From: an uncultured Actinomycetota bacterium
GTDB lineage: Bacteria > Actinomycetota > CALGFH01
Direction of reading: 5' to 3'
DNA: 64,000 nucleotides
NCBI GenBank assembly: GCA_963733175.1
Contig: CAVTCL010000025.1
Span: 65,720 to 129,719 of the forward strand
Shown here piece after piece: positions 42,484 to 51,834 of the stretch. Position 1 is the first letter of the stretch; the number at the start of each line of letters is the position of its first letter. The notes beneath the pieces are model-generated. The model was not told the origin of the DNA. It ran no database searches and saw only the letters and a program-made list of their open reading frames with translations. A program made the position numbers and the translations under genes.

Positions 42484-43858
42484 CCCCACCCGGCCCGCTG
42501 TACTCAAGCACCCTCGCGGAGGTGTTGGCGGGTGGGCTGCATCGGGAGGACCCGCGGACCCGAGGTATCGGGCGGTCACCGGTGCCAGGCGGGCTGGCAT
42601 GGCGAGGAGGGCCCCGCGGTTCGGGAGTCGGGGCGGGACCGCCGCCGGCGGCAGGCAGGCCCAGCAGGCTGATGGCCTGGATGCCGGCGGTTGTGCGGCG
42701 GATCAGGCCGGCGAGTTCGAGGTCGAGGAGGGCGGCGTCCAGGGCGGCGGGTGGGAGGGTGGTGGCGGCGGCGAGGCGGCCATGGGTCAGGAGCTGGCCG
42801 TCGACCAGCGCCGTCAGGACCGCCCGGGCGGGAGGATCGAGGCCCGGCCAGGTCTGGACGCCAGGGCCACCACCGTGAGCGGCGGAGCCTGCGCCTGCGA
42901 TGGTGGCGCCGGTCACGGTGGCGCCGAGCTCCTCGAGGATGTCGGTGAGGCTGCGGACCAGGGTGGCACCGTCGCGGATGAGCTGGTTGCAGCCGGCGGC
43001 GCCGGGGTCCCAGGGGGCTCCCGGGAGGACGAGCACGTGGCCCACGCCGCGGCTGCCGGCGGCTCGGGCCGTTGAGAGGCTGCCCGATCCTTCGGCAGCC
43101 TCGACCACGACCACGGCGGCGGACAGCGCGGCGATCAGGCGGTTGCGGGGGAGGAAGTTGGCCGCCCGGGGTTGGGCTCCGGGCGGGTGCTCGCTCGTGA
43201 AGGTGCCACCGCCGGCCAGCACCCGGGTGAACAGGCCGGTGTTGGCGCGGGGATAGGGAACGTCCAGGCCACAGCCGAGCACGACCACGGTGCGTCCACC
43301 GGCATCGACGGCCCCGGCGTGGGCGGCCGCGTCGACGCCGACCGCGCCACCGCTGACCACGCACCAGCCGGCCCTGGCCAGCCCGGCCCCGATGGAGCGG
43401 GCGGCGGCGCGCCGGAGCGGCGAAGCCCGGCGGCCGCCCACCACCGCGACCGACGCCATCGCCTGGGGCGGGGCCGGCCCGGCGACGAACAGCCAGGCGC
43501 AAGGTGGGTCGGGCGGTGTGGCCTCCAGCGGCCAACCCTCGTCGCCCGGGACCATGAGCCGCAGGCCGAGGGCGTCGAGTCGCGCGGCCACGGCGCCCGG
43601 CTCGGGACTGTGCGCACGGAGCAGGCTCGCGGGGTCCCTGCCCTCGGCCAGCCGGGTCGCCACCGCCGCCGGCAGCGGCCCCGGGGTGGCCGCCAGCGAC
43701 AGCAGCACCTCCCGCTCCCCCACCCGAGACGTCCACCACGCCGGGCGACCCTCCATCCCGGTCACGCCCGACCCTCGACGCCGATCATCGCCGCGCCTCC
43801 AGGTCGGAGGCGCACCGTGCGGCGCTGGATGTCTGGTCGGCCGGACCTCCCAGGTCAT
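42464..43858 (-). CDS. dprA: DNA-processing protein DprA (Smf)
   Basis: Rossmann-like core VVSGGAVGVDAAAHAGA...PRNRLIAALS...VVVEAAEGSGSLSTA. Its start overlaps the comM stop (ATGA). Confidence 0.88.
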   Translation of the reverse strand: MTWEVRPTRHPAPHGAPPTWRRGDDRRRGSGVTGMEGRPAWWTSRVGEREVLLSLAATPGPLPAAVATRLAEGRDPASLLRAHSPEPGAVAARLDALGLRLMVPGDEGWPLEATPPDPPCAWLFVAGPAPPQAMASVAVVGGRRASPLRRAAARSIGAGLARAGWCVVSGGAVGVDAAAHAGAVDAGGRTVVVLGCGLDVPYPRANTGLFTRVLAGGGTFTSEHPPGAQPRAANFLPRNRLIAALSAAVVVVEAAEGSGSLSTARAAGSRGVGHVLVLPGAPWDPGAAGCNQLIRDGATLVRSLTDILEELGATVTGATIAGAGSAAHGGGPGVQTWPGLDPPARAVLTALVDGQLLTHGRLAAATTLPPAALDAALLDLELAGLIRRTTAGIQAISLLGLPAAGGGPAPTPEPRGPPRHASPPGTGDRPIPRVRGSSRCSPPANTSARVLEYSGPGGDDDRDD

Positions 43859-44496
43859 AGGAGTTGCGCCTCACGGTCGCCGATGATCGGGAGGTGGCGG
43901 AGGCTGAGGGCCTCCTTGACGTGGTGGTCCTCGACCCGGTCGGAGGTGGCGAGGTCGGCGACCGTCCGGGCGACGCGGAGGGCGCGGTGGAACCCGCGGG
44001 CGCTGAGGCCGAGACGATCGACGGCGGCCATGAGGGTGCGGCGGGCCGCCGGTGTCACCTGGCAGTGAGCGGCGAGGTCGGGGGCGGCCAGGCGGCCGTT
44101 CTCGGCGCCCTGGCGGCGGCGCTGGACGTCGCGGGCGGCCAGTACCCTCGCCCGGACCTGCGCGGTCGGCTCGGCGTCGGCGGCGCCGGTGAGCTCCTCG
44201 GCGGTGAGGCGCTCGGCCTGGACGTACAGGTCGATGCGGTCCAGCAGTGGCCCGGACAGGCGGCTGGCGTAGCGGTGCAGGTCGTACAGGCTGCAGCGGC
44301 AGGTGAAGCGGCTGTCCCCCAGGTGCCCGCACGGGCAGGGGTTGGCCGCCGCGACCAGGGCGAAGCGGGCCGGGAACACCACGCTGGTCATGGCCCGCGC
44401 GACCGTGACCTCGCCCTCCTCGAGCGGTTGGCGCAACGCCTCGCAGGCCGCCCGGGAGAACTCCGGCAGCTCGTCGAGGAACAGCACGCCGCGGTG
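43855..44496 (-). pseudogene. comM: comM/yifB (Mg-chelatase-like AAA+ ATPase), 3' fragment left of the insertion
   Basis: From RGVLFLDELPEF (Walker B) through NPCPCG... to the C-terminus. No ComM-like sequence lies upstream of 44,496. Confidence 0.9.
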
Positions 44497-44520
44497 CCCG
44501 ACGGTGCGGCTAACACCGCC
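44470..44520. other. left attachment junction (attL-like)
   Basis: gccgcgg-TG-cccgacggtgcggcTAACA, with host sequence to the left of the TG at 44,495-44,496. Confidence 0.6.
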
Positions 44521-44640
44521 GGGAACCACGGCGAAGACATGCCCGGAGCGACGTAGGAGCGTCCCCCGGGCTCGGCACGACGAGGATCGGAGCCCTCGCC
44601 ATGCAGAGGCATCGTAACGCGTTCCTGGAGGCCTGGGGAG

Positions 44641-45040
44641 ATGGCGACCTCACCCGTCCCGCTGTGGGCGCAGGAGATGAGCCCCTACCACCGCGGGCCG
44701 ACCGGCGCCGGCGTCCTGGCCCTGGCCGTCGTGGCGGTCCTGCTCGGCCTCGTGCTGAGCGCCAGCGCACCCAGCCAGCCCAGCGAGCAGGACGGGCCGC
44801 GCTGGCAGTCGCCGGCGTGTGCCGAGCTGCAGCGGCTCCAGCGCCACGGCGTGGACAGCGGGCCAAGCTACAGGGCCGTCGCCCGGGCCTGTCGGGAGGC
44901 GAGCAGTGGCCGCTGAGTTCGAGCCCTGGCCGTACGAGCCCTGGCCGGTACTGTCCCGAGAGCCGGCCGGCTTCTGGGAGGACTGGCCTTACGAGCCACC
45001 CCCACCGGCCGAGCCCTGGCCGGCTCAGGAGAGCCGGTAG
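44641..45040 (+). CDS. hypothetical small membrane protein with Trp/Pro/Glu-rich repeat tail (two overlapping ORFs, possibly one frameshifted gene)
   Basis: TM helix GAGVLALAVVAVLLGLVL in ORF 44,641-44,916. ORF 44,819-45,040 ends FEPWPYEPWPVLSREPAGFWEDWPYEPPPPAEPWP, with gagccctggccg repeated in the DNA. Confidence 0.4.
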
Positions 45041-45141
45041 CGCGGGGCTGGAGGGCCTCCAGGGGGAGGGCCGCCCCTTCGGGGCGGGCGGCTCCGGCGG
45101 CAGCCTCCGCCGCCCGGATCGTCCGGATTGCACACCGGACA

Positions 45142-45183
45142 TGCCACGCCAATGCCGCGCTACTGCCACGCCAATGCCACGCC
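45142..45183. repeat. iteron-like direct repeats tgccacgcc(aatgcc)
   Basis: The 15-nt tgccacgccaatgcc occurs at 45,142 and 45,164 (22-nt spacing), and a third tgccacgcc at 45,175. Confidence 0.7.
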
Positions 45184-45243
45184 CCTCCTGGCGCGGGCAG
45201 CGGTTCTCGCCGCAGCAGCGTTCCTGCAGGTAGATCCCCCTCC

Positions 45244-45286
45244 GGGGGCCGAGTCACCCGCAAAAACCGCGGGTGACTCGGCCCCC
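45244..45286. promoter_or_regulatory. 18-bp perfect inverted repeat (candidate oriT/ori or operator hairpin)
   Basis: gggggccgagtcacccgc-aaaaacc-gcgggtgactcggccccc, flanked by small ccccc/ggggg hairpins, about 120 nt upstream of the Replic_Relax-like gene. Confidence 0.6.
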
Positions 45287-45408
45287 TACGGGGGAGTGGA
45301 TGGGCGCACCTTCGGTGCGCGCTCGCTTCGCTCGCAGGATTTCAAGCATCCATCCGGGGTGCCGTGGCCCGGGGCCACGATCGGTTGTGGCGGGGGCGGT
45401 GGTCGGCG

Positions 45409-46143
45409 ATGACGGCCTCGGAGAACCCCACCAGGCGGCGACGGTCGGACGCCGGGATGGTGCATCTGACGGTCCGGGATGGTCGTGCCCTGGGTTGGAT
45501 CGGGGAGCAGTACGGGGTGCGGATCGACGTGGCCGCGGTGGTGCTGGCGCGGGTGTCGGAGCGGGAGGAGCTGAGCCGCCGGACGGTCCGGGTGCAGCTG
45601 GACCGGTGGGAGCGGGCCGGGCTGATCCTGCGGCCGCGGCTGTACGGCCGGTCGTGGGTGGTGCCGACTGCGGCCGGGTTGGCGTTCGCCGGGCTGCCGT
45701 ATCTGCCGTGGCGGCCCGCCTACGGCCGTCTCGCCCACGTGCATGCGGTCAGTGTGGTGCGGCTGGCGTTGGAGGCGGCCGCGCCTGGGGTGGTGTGGAT
45801 CAGCGAGCGGGCGCTGGAGCGTGAGCGTCGCACCCAGGGTGGGAGCTGGCATCGGGCCGATGGGGCGGTCGAGGTTCCCGCGCCGACTGACCGGCCGGGG
45901 CTGCAGCGGGCGCTGCACGCCATCGAGGTCGAGCTGACGCCCAAGTCGCGGCCGCATCTGGCCGAGGTGTTCGCCACCCTGCCTGGCAACACCGTGGCCG
46001 TCACCTACTTCGTCCCGGCAGAAGACCTGGCGGCGCTACGGGTAGCGCTGGCCGAGGTCCTGGCCGACCGGCGCACGCCGCTGCAGGTGCAGGCGGTGGA
46101 GCTGCCCGGCGTGCCGGGGATCGTCTATGAGGGGGAGCGGTGA
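45409..46143 (+). CDS. replication-relaxation (Replic_Relax, PD-(D/E)xK-like) family protein
   Basis: N-terminal wHTH-like region, then LAHVHAVSVVRLALE...VVWISERAL...HRADGAVEV...HAIEVELTPKS, which matches the family architecture. The start could be 45,364, 45,409 or 45,457. Confidence 0.6.
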   Translation: MTASENPTRRRRSDAGMVHLTVRDGRALGWIGEQYGVRIDVAAVVLARVSEREELSRRTVRVQLDRWERAGLILRPRLYGRSWVVPTAAGLAFAGLPYLPWRPAYGRLAHVHAVSVVRLALEAAAPGVVWISERALERERRTQGGSWHRADGAVEVPAPTDRPGLQRALHAIEVELTPKSRPHLAEVFATLPGNTVAVTYFVPAEDLAALRVALAEVLADRRTPLQVQAVELPGVPGIVYEGER

Positions 46144-48176
46144 GGCCCGAGCTGCGCGACCCGGGTGGCGCCCCCACGCCCCCGCCGCGGGTCGTCACCC
46201 TGCTGGGGCTCTACAGCCTGCTCGGGCTCCTCTGCCTACCCGCCCTGCCGGTGGCCATGGCCACCGCGGCGCTGCTGCGCACCTGGACGCGGGTGCGGCC
46301 TGTGCTGGTCGCGGCGGTGGCCGCGGTCGCTCTGGCTGGGGAGCTGGCTGCCTGGCGGTCGCCGCTGTTCGGCGGCAACCTGCTCAGCTTCCACCTCTCG
46401 GGGTGGGCGATGTTCTCCCTCACCCACCCGCACGTCGACGTGGCGTTCTGGCGGATGGTGTTCGAGGCCCCGGTCGGCCTCCCCCTGGGGGTGCTGCTGG
46501 GGGCGGTGCACATGCTCCATAGCGACCACGCCACCCGCGGGCTGCCCTGGCATCCACGGACCGTCCAGCGCACGCCGCCAGCAACGCCCGCGCCGGCCGC
46601 CAGGTGGCCCGGACCCTGGAGCGGATGCCGCCCTTCGTCGGCGACGCGCCAGCGCTCGGGGCGGTCTATGACGGGGAGCTGCCGGCCTGGCAGCACGGCG
46701 CCTATGCGGTGCTGCCGAGGGAGCTGCGCGGCCGGGCGATCACTCTGGCCGGCGCCCCCGGCGTGGGTAAGACGGTGCTGCAGCGCCGGTTGGTCTCTGC
46801 TGACGCGGCCCGTGGCCGGCGGGTGGTATTCATCGACGCCAAGGCCACCGAGCCCACCCTGGCCGCCGAGCTGATCGCCGCCTACACCGCCGGAGCCGGG
46901 TTCGTGCCGCGGGTCAAGCTCTGGCCGGCCGAGCCGCTGTCGGGCTGGCAGGGCGACCCGATGGAGCTGGCCAACCGCCTGATGGCCGTCCAGGACTGGT
47001 CCGAGCCCTGGTATGAGCGGGTCGCCTCCCGAGCGATCCGGCTGGCCTGTGGCGCCGACATCGGCCCGCCCCGCTCGGCCGAGGAGCTGCTGGCAAGGCT
47101 CACCGCCCGGGGCTGGAGCAGCTGTACGCCGGCACCGACCGGGCCGAGCTGGTCCGCCAGCTCACCGCGGCCAAGGGGTTCGAGGGGGCGGCGCTGCGCT
47201 ATGGCGACTTCTTCGACGCCCTCGCCGGCCGCTTCGACGGCAGCTGGAGCTACGACCAGGCCGACCTGGCCGTCCTCAGCCTGCCGGTGCTGGCCGCCCG
47301 CGAGGACGCCAGCGCCGCCTTCCGGCTGCTGCTGGAGGACCTCGGCCACTACGGCGTGGCCCGCAAGGACCGCGACGACCAGGGCATGACCGTCTACCTG
47401 GAGGAGTTCTCCGCCGTGTCCGACGGCGCCCGAGCGGCGATCGACTGGCCGAGCGGCTCCGAGACGCCGGAGTCGGAGTGGTGTTCGTCGTCCAGTCCTA
47501 CGAAGGGTTGGGTGACGAGCACCAGGCGGCCCGGCTGCTGGGCAGCTCGGCCGCGCTCATCGTGCATCGCATGCCCCAGCCCGAGCGCCTGCTGGCCGCC
47601 GCCGGGACCATCTGGACCCCGGAACAGACCTGGCAGCTCGACCAGTGGGGACCAGACGGGCACGCATCGCTGCGGATGGCCCAGCGGCCCCTGGTCGACC
47701 CGGACGCCGTGCGCCGCGCCGGGGTCGGCGAAGCATGGACCATCGCCGCCGGCCGCAGCCTCCACCTCCAAGTCGCCGAGACCCCGTACGCACCGCAGCC
47801 GGCCGAGTTGCCCACTCCCCACCAGGATGGCCTGGCCGTCGTCGAGGAGCGGCCGCCGTGGGTCGTTGACCTGCCCGAGCAGGAGCCGGCAACGGCGACG
47901 GTCGTTGCTGGAGAACTGCCGTCGCCCGGCCAGTCCTGCCGCCACCGTCGCCGGAGCTGCCAAGGTTGCGGTGCAGCTCGCCACGCCGTCCGCGAGGGTG
48001 ACGAGCTGGCCCTGCGGAGAGTGTTGAAGCGGGCTGCTCGGGTCGCGCCCACCTGGGACGCCGAGGCCGAGCTGGCCGAGCTGACCGCGGACCGGCGCCG
48101 GCGCCGCCGCAACCAGCCGCCGGCCTGGCGGGGCTGGCTGACCCGCATCGCTCACGCACGGAGGACCCAGCCATGA
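46140..48176 (+). CDS. type IV coupling protein-like / TraD-TraG-like P-loop ATPase, frame broken about 3 times
   Basis: N-terminal TM helices, Walker A LAGAPGVGKT, Walker B-like MTVYLEEFSAV, and VGVVFVVQSYEGLGD. Frame changes near 46,600, 47,110 and 47,440. GTGA overlap with the upstream gene. Confidence 0.6.
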
Positions 48177-48399
48177 CCGACGACGAGATCATGCGCCAGC
48201 TCAGCCAGGCGGTCGCGACGACGACGTGCTGGCCGCCGAGGAGCTGGTCACGGCCGGGCAGCAGGAGCATCCGGAGTGGGACTGGTCGTTCCTGGCCACG
48301 GTGCTGTGGATCCAACGCGGCCAGGTGCAGGAGGAGCCGCCCCGGCAACCGGGCTGGCGGCGGTGGCTGCGCTGGCTGGGCGACGGTGGCCACCGGTGA
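48173..48399 (+). CDS. hypothetical small protein (frameshift near 48,215)
   Basis: ATGA overlap with the ATPase gene. MTDDEIMRQLSQAVA / DDVLAAEELVTAGQQEHPEWDWSFLATVLWIQRG... Confidence 0.4.
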
Positions 48400-48698
48400 G
48401 GACCGGCCTCGCCTTCGGCGCCGCGTCCGGGAACCCTGCACCCGGATGCGGACCGGCCGGTTGCCTGCCAGGTGGGCTGCCACCTGGCCGCCGTCCGCGT
48501 CAAGGGCGCTCCGCGTCCCTTCGGGATGGCCTGCGGCCCCCCTTGACCCGGCCGTCGTCCAGCCGGCCCGGAGACAGCGGTCGCCCGGGGCGGGCGAGGA
48601 CCTGAGCCCACCAGGCAGGCAGCCCGAGGAGGTGACCAGCCCAGGCCTGCCGCAGTCACCGAAGGGGCGCAAGCGCCCCACGAGCCCAGGAGGGACGC

Positions 48699-49115
48699 AT
48701 GGCCACCGACAACACCGTCACCCTGATCGGCAACCTCACCGACGACCCCGAGCTCCGCTTCACCGCCAACGGCGCCGCCGTGGCCAACTTCCGCCTGGCC
48801 GTCACCCCCCGCATCCGCCAGGGCGACCAGTGGACCGACGGGGAGACCAGCTTCTTCCGCATCAACTGCTGGCGCCAGCTCGCGGAGAACGTCACCGAGA
48901 CGCTCAGCAAAGGCGCCCGGGCCATCGTCATCGGCCGGCTGCGCATGCGCGCCTGGGAGACCGACGAGGGCGAGCGCCGCAGCGTTGTCGAGGTCGAGGC
49001 CGATGAGGTCGCCCCCTCGCTGAAGTTCGCCACCGCCACCGTCCAGCGGACCAGCGCAAAGGCGGCCGCCGGCGCCAGCAAGGGCGGCCAGTTCACCGAC
49101 GAGCCGCCGTTCTGA
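48699..49115 (+). CDS. ssb: single-stranded DNA-binding protein
   Basis: 138 aa with an OB fold ([29 protein letters not shown]...[15 protein letters not shown]) and the acidic tail FTDEPPF. AGGAGGGA ribosome-binding site. Confidence 0.93.
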   Translation: MATDNTVTLIGNLTDDPELRFTANGAAVANFRLAVTPRIRQGDQWTDGETSFFRINCWRQLAENVTETLSKGARAIVIGRLRMRAWETDEGERRSVVEVEADEVAPSLKFATATVQRTSAKAAAGASKGGQFTDEPPF

Positions 49116-49126
49116 CCTGCAGCAGT

Positions 49127-49159
49127 GAGGCCGGGACAGCCGCTAACCGTCCCGGCCTC
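49127..49159 (+). terminator. 11-bp perfect hairpin downstream of ssb (terminator/attenuator candidate)
   Basis: gaggccgggac-(11 nt)-gtcccggcctc. No strong U-tract follows. Confidence 0.35.
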
Positions 49160-49182
49160 GCGCATCTGAGATTGGAGCCCCG

Positions 49183-49386
49183 ATGCAGACTCGATCCTAC
49201 CCGACCCGGCCGACAGCCCCGACCCCGGCCGTCCCGGCCGCGGAGCCGGCCCTGCACCTGCTGGGCGGCATCTGGATCGCCTCCTGCCCCACTTGCGGCT
49301 ACCAGCTCACCACCGCCCAGACCCAGCAGCGTTGCGAGCAGCGCGCCCGCCGCCGAGATTGCCCGGTCTGCCGAGAGGACGCCTAA
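49183..49386 (+). CDS. small zinc-ribbon-like protein (CPTC...CPVC)
   Basis: 67-aa ORF with paired CxxC motifs. Its last 54 nt are duplicated at 51,835-51,888. Confidence 0.5.
   Translation: MQTRSYPTRPTAPTPAVPAAEPALHLLGGIWIASCPTCGYQLTTAQTQQRCEQRARRRDCPVCREDA
49333..49386 (+). repeat. direct repeat copy A (3' end of the zinc-ribbon gene)
   Basis: 46 of 54 nt identical to 51,835-51,888, with the last 18 nt (tgccgagaggacgcctaa) identical. Confidence 0.85.
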
Positions 49387-49569
49387 AGGCATCCACGATC
49401 CCAACCTGGCACAGGTAGATACATGGCCCGGTCCCCAGCTCACGGTACCAAGACGGTGTACTTGCAATGCCCGCGCGGCCACGTTCACCCCCCTACCAGT
49501 TCGGCGGCTGTGCCTGGGATGGCTGAACGGGAGTGCCAGCCAGCGTTGAAGTGGCGAAGCCACAGGCTC

Positions 49570-49634
49570 TTGCCGCATGACCTGGTGGTCGTTGACCACC
49601 AGGACGCGGATGGTTCGATGCTGGTGGGCGTCAC
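49570..49634 (-). pseudogene. 5' stub of a NarL/LuxR-type response regulator gene
   Basis: A GTG overlaps the kinase stop, then (after one frame slip) TIRVLVVNDHQVMRQ. Similarity stops after about 20 codons. Confidence 0.55.
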
Positions 49635-51199
49635 CGCTGGGCTGGGATCTGGACGCGCAGGACGGTGCCGGCGCCGGGGGCGCTGGTGAGCTCGAGCCGG
49701 CCCCCGAGGTCGGCGACGCGGCCTCGCATCGATCGCAGGCCGAAGTGCTCGCGACCAACGGCGGCCGGGTCGAAGCCACGGCCGTCGTCGGCCACCTCGA
49801 CCGTAACGGTGCCGTCCGCCGTCGCGATGTGGACCATGGCGGTGCTCGCCCGAGCGTGCTTGACCACGTTGGCCAGGGCCTCCTGGCCCAGGCGGTACAG
49901 CTGCTCTTCGACCTCGGCGTCGAGGGGCAGGCGCCCGTCGGGTCCGTCGACCTCGATCACCAGCCCCTCCCGGGCGCTCAGGGCCGCCGCCTGCTTGGCC
50001 AGCGCGGCGACCAGCCCCTCCTCGGCGAGCGCGCCCGGCTGGAGCTCCAGGATGAGCGCGCGCATCTCGGCCAGCGCCCCCCGGGTCAACTGGCCGATCT
50101 CGCGCAGCTCCTCCCCCACGGGCCCGTCGGTGTCGAACTCCTCGAGCTCCAGCTCGAGCTGGGCGCTGCGGACATGCAGCGTCGCCGAGAACAACGACTG
50201 GGAGACCGAGTCGTGCAGATCGCGGGCCAGGCGCTGTCGCTCCAGGGCGGCACGCTCACCCTCGCGACGCTGCGACTGGGCCAGCTCCAGGGCGGCCCGC
50301 CGGCGCTCACTGACGATCGCCGCCAAACAGCACGTCGTCAGCGCCGCCAGCACGATGTAGAGCTGGAGATTGAGCGCGCTGTCGGTCGCCGAGTGCACCA
50401 CGAAGGGTCCCAGCTGGCGCGAGGTGGCCGCCACCGCGATCACCGCCGCGACCGCGACCGCCAGGGTCGCGCCCGGGGGGCCGAGGCGCAACGCGGCCCA
50501 GATGAAGGCCGGGAACACGATGTAGGTAAGCGGCTGGTCGGCCGAGAACGCCAACAGGCTCAGCCCGATCACCGCGGCCAGCATCAGGGCGGCCTCCACC
50601 ACCCGGCGGCCCGGCCACGCCGACGCGCTGGTGTGCGCCCAGGCGAGGGCGAGGGGGACCACGACCAGCCCGCCCGCCAGGCCGCCCAGCCACCAGCTCC
50701 GCCAGAACACCCCCATCACGGATGTCTCGATGAACCCTTCTGCCAGCCCGACGAGCATGGCCCCGGTCGCGGTGACCGCCGCATTAACGGCCACGGCGAC
50801 GAGCACCGCGCCGACCTGGTCGAGCCGGTCCATGGCCGCCCGCCGGCCGACCAGCCGCTGGAGGATGAGCACGGCGGCGAGCGTCATGACAACCTCGACC
50901 GCCGTTGAGACGAGCACGACCCACAGCGGCAGCACGAACACCCTCGACAGCAGGTTCCCGAGCAGGACCCCGGGCCACCAGCGCAAGCCACCCAGGTACA
51001 GCACCGCGATGCCCACGCCGGTGGCCAGCCAGAAGGCCGCAGCCTGGCCCGTCAGCCACAGCACCTCGGCGCCCTTGGCGGCGGCCCAGTAGCCGCCGGC
51101 GATCAGCAGCACCCCGGCCGCATACCGCAGCGACCGTCCGGAGAGCAGTGAGCCCCGCCAGGTCGGCTGGGCGGCGGGGACCGGTGCGTCGGTGTTCAT
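49631..51199 (-). CDS. sensor histidine kinase, MASE1 + HisKA_3 + HATPase_c
   Basis: GGGAGGGG then ATG at 51,199. Polytopic MASE1-like N-terminal half, H-box LARDLHDSVSQSLF, and ATPase motifs EALANVVKHA and DDGRGF. Confidence 0.85.
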   Translation of the reverse strand: MNTDAPVPAAQPTWRGSLLSGRSLRYAAGVLLIAGGYWAAAKGAEVLWLTGQAAAFWLATGVGIAVLYLGGLRWWPGVLLGNLLSRVFVLPLWVVLVSTAVEVVMTLAAVLILQRLVGRRAAMDRLDQVGAVLVAVAVNAAVTATGAMLVGLAEGFIETSVMGVFWRSWWLGGLAGGLVVVPLALAWAHTSASAWPGRRVVEAALMLAAVIGLSLLAFSADQPLTYIVFPAFIWAALRLGPPGATLAVAVAAVIAVAATSRQLGPFVVHSATDSALNLQLYIVLAALTTCCLAAIVSERRRAALELAQSQRREGERAALERQRLARDLHDSVSQSLFSATLHVRSAQLELELEEFDTDGPVGEELREIGQLTRGALAEMRALILELQPGALAEEGLVAALAKQAAALSAREGLVIEVDGPDGRLPLDAEVEEQLYRLGQEALANVVKHARASTAMVHIATADGTVTVEVADDGRGFDPAAVGREHFGLRSMRGRVADLGGRLELTSAPGAGTVLRVQIPAQR

Positions 51200-51289
51200 C
51201 CGGCCCCTCCCAGGTCTGCGCATCGCCCTTTGAAAGAACGGTACCGCCGCGCGCAACCCGAGTTGACCAACGCGCGGGGGGCGCCGGCC

Positions 51290-51682
51290 TCAGCCGCCAG
51301 GTGGCCAGGGATCGTGGCGGTAGGCAGCGCGGATCATCTCGAGGAGGTCGTCGACGTCGCGGCCATGCTTTTCCAGGAAGGCGTGCGCGCCTTCCGCCAC
51401 AGCCTGGGGCCCCAGCTCGCCCATGCGGCTGATGGCCACGACCGGGCGGCCGCGGCCTCGCAACTCCTGGAGGACCTGCATCCCATCCGACGCCTGGGGC
51501 AGCAGGAGATCCAGGACGACCACGTCAGGATCCAACTCCAGGTCGAGGCGTCCGGCGCTTCCGGCGGACCCGGCCTCGCCGACCACCGTCAGGTCCGACG
51601 CCCGCTCGATCAGACCGCGGAGCGCCCGCCGGACCCGGGCGTCGTCGTCGACGACAAACACCCTGATTGGCGGTTGTTGCAT
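51290..51682 (-). CDS. stand-alone receiver-domain response regulator (no output domain)
   Basis: Start at MQQPPIRVFVVDDD, then DVVVLDLLLP. About 130 aa with no HTH. Confidence 0.7.
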   Translation of the reverse strand: MQQPPIRVFVVDDDARVRRALRGLIERASDLTVVGEAGSAGSAGRLDLELDPDVVVLDLLLPQASDGMQVLQELRGRGRPVVAISRMGELGPQAVAEGAHAFLEKHGRDVDDLLEMIRAAYRHDPWPPGG

Positions 51683-51834
51683 GGTCCTCGCCAGTGGCAG
51701 ATGGGTCGAGTCGGCTGTAGAGGGACCTAGGTCATCTGTCGCGCCGAGCTTGCGTCGCTCGACCGATGATCCTGCGTCTCTCACCTGTGATGATGCGGTT
51801 CGGCCGCATGTGAGGTGGCGGCCATGGACGCCAG

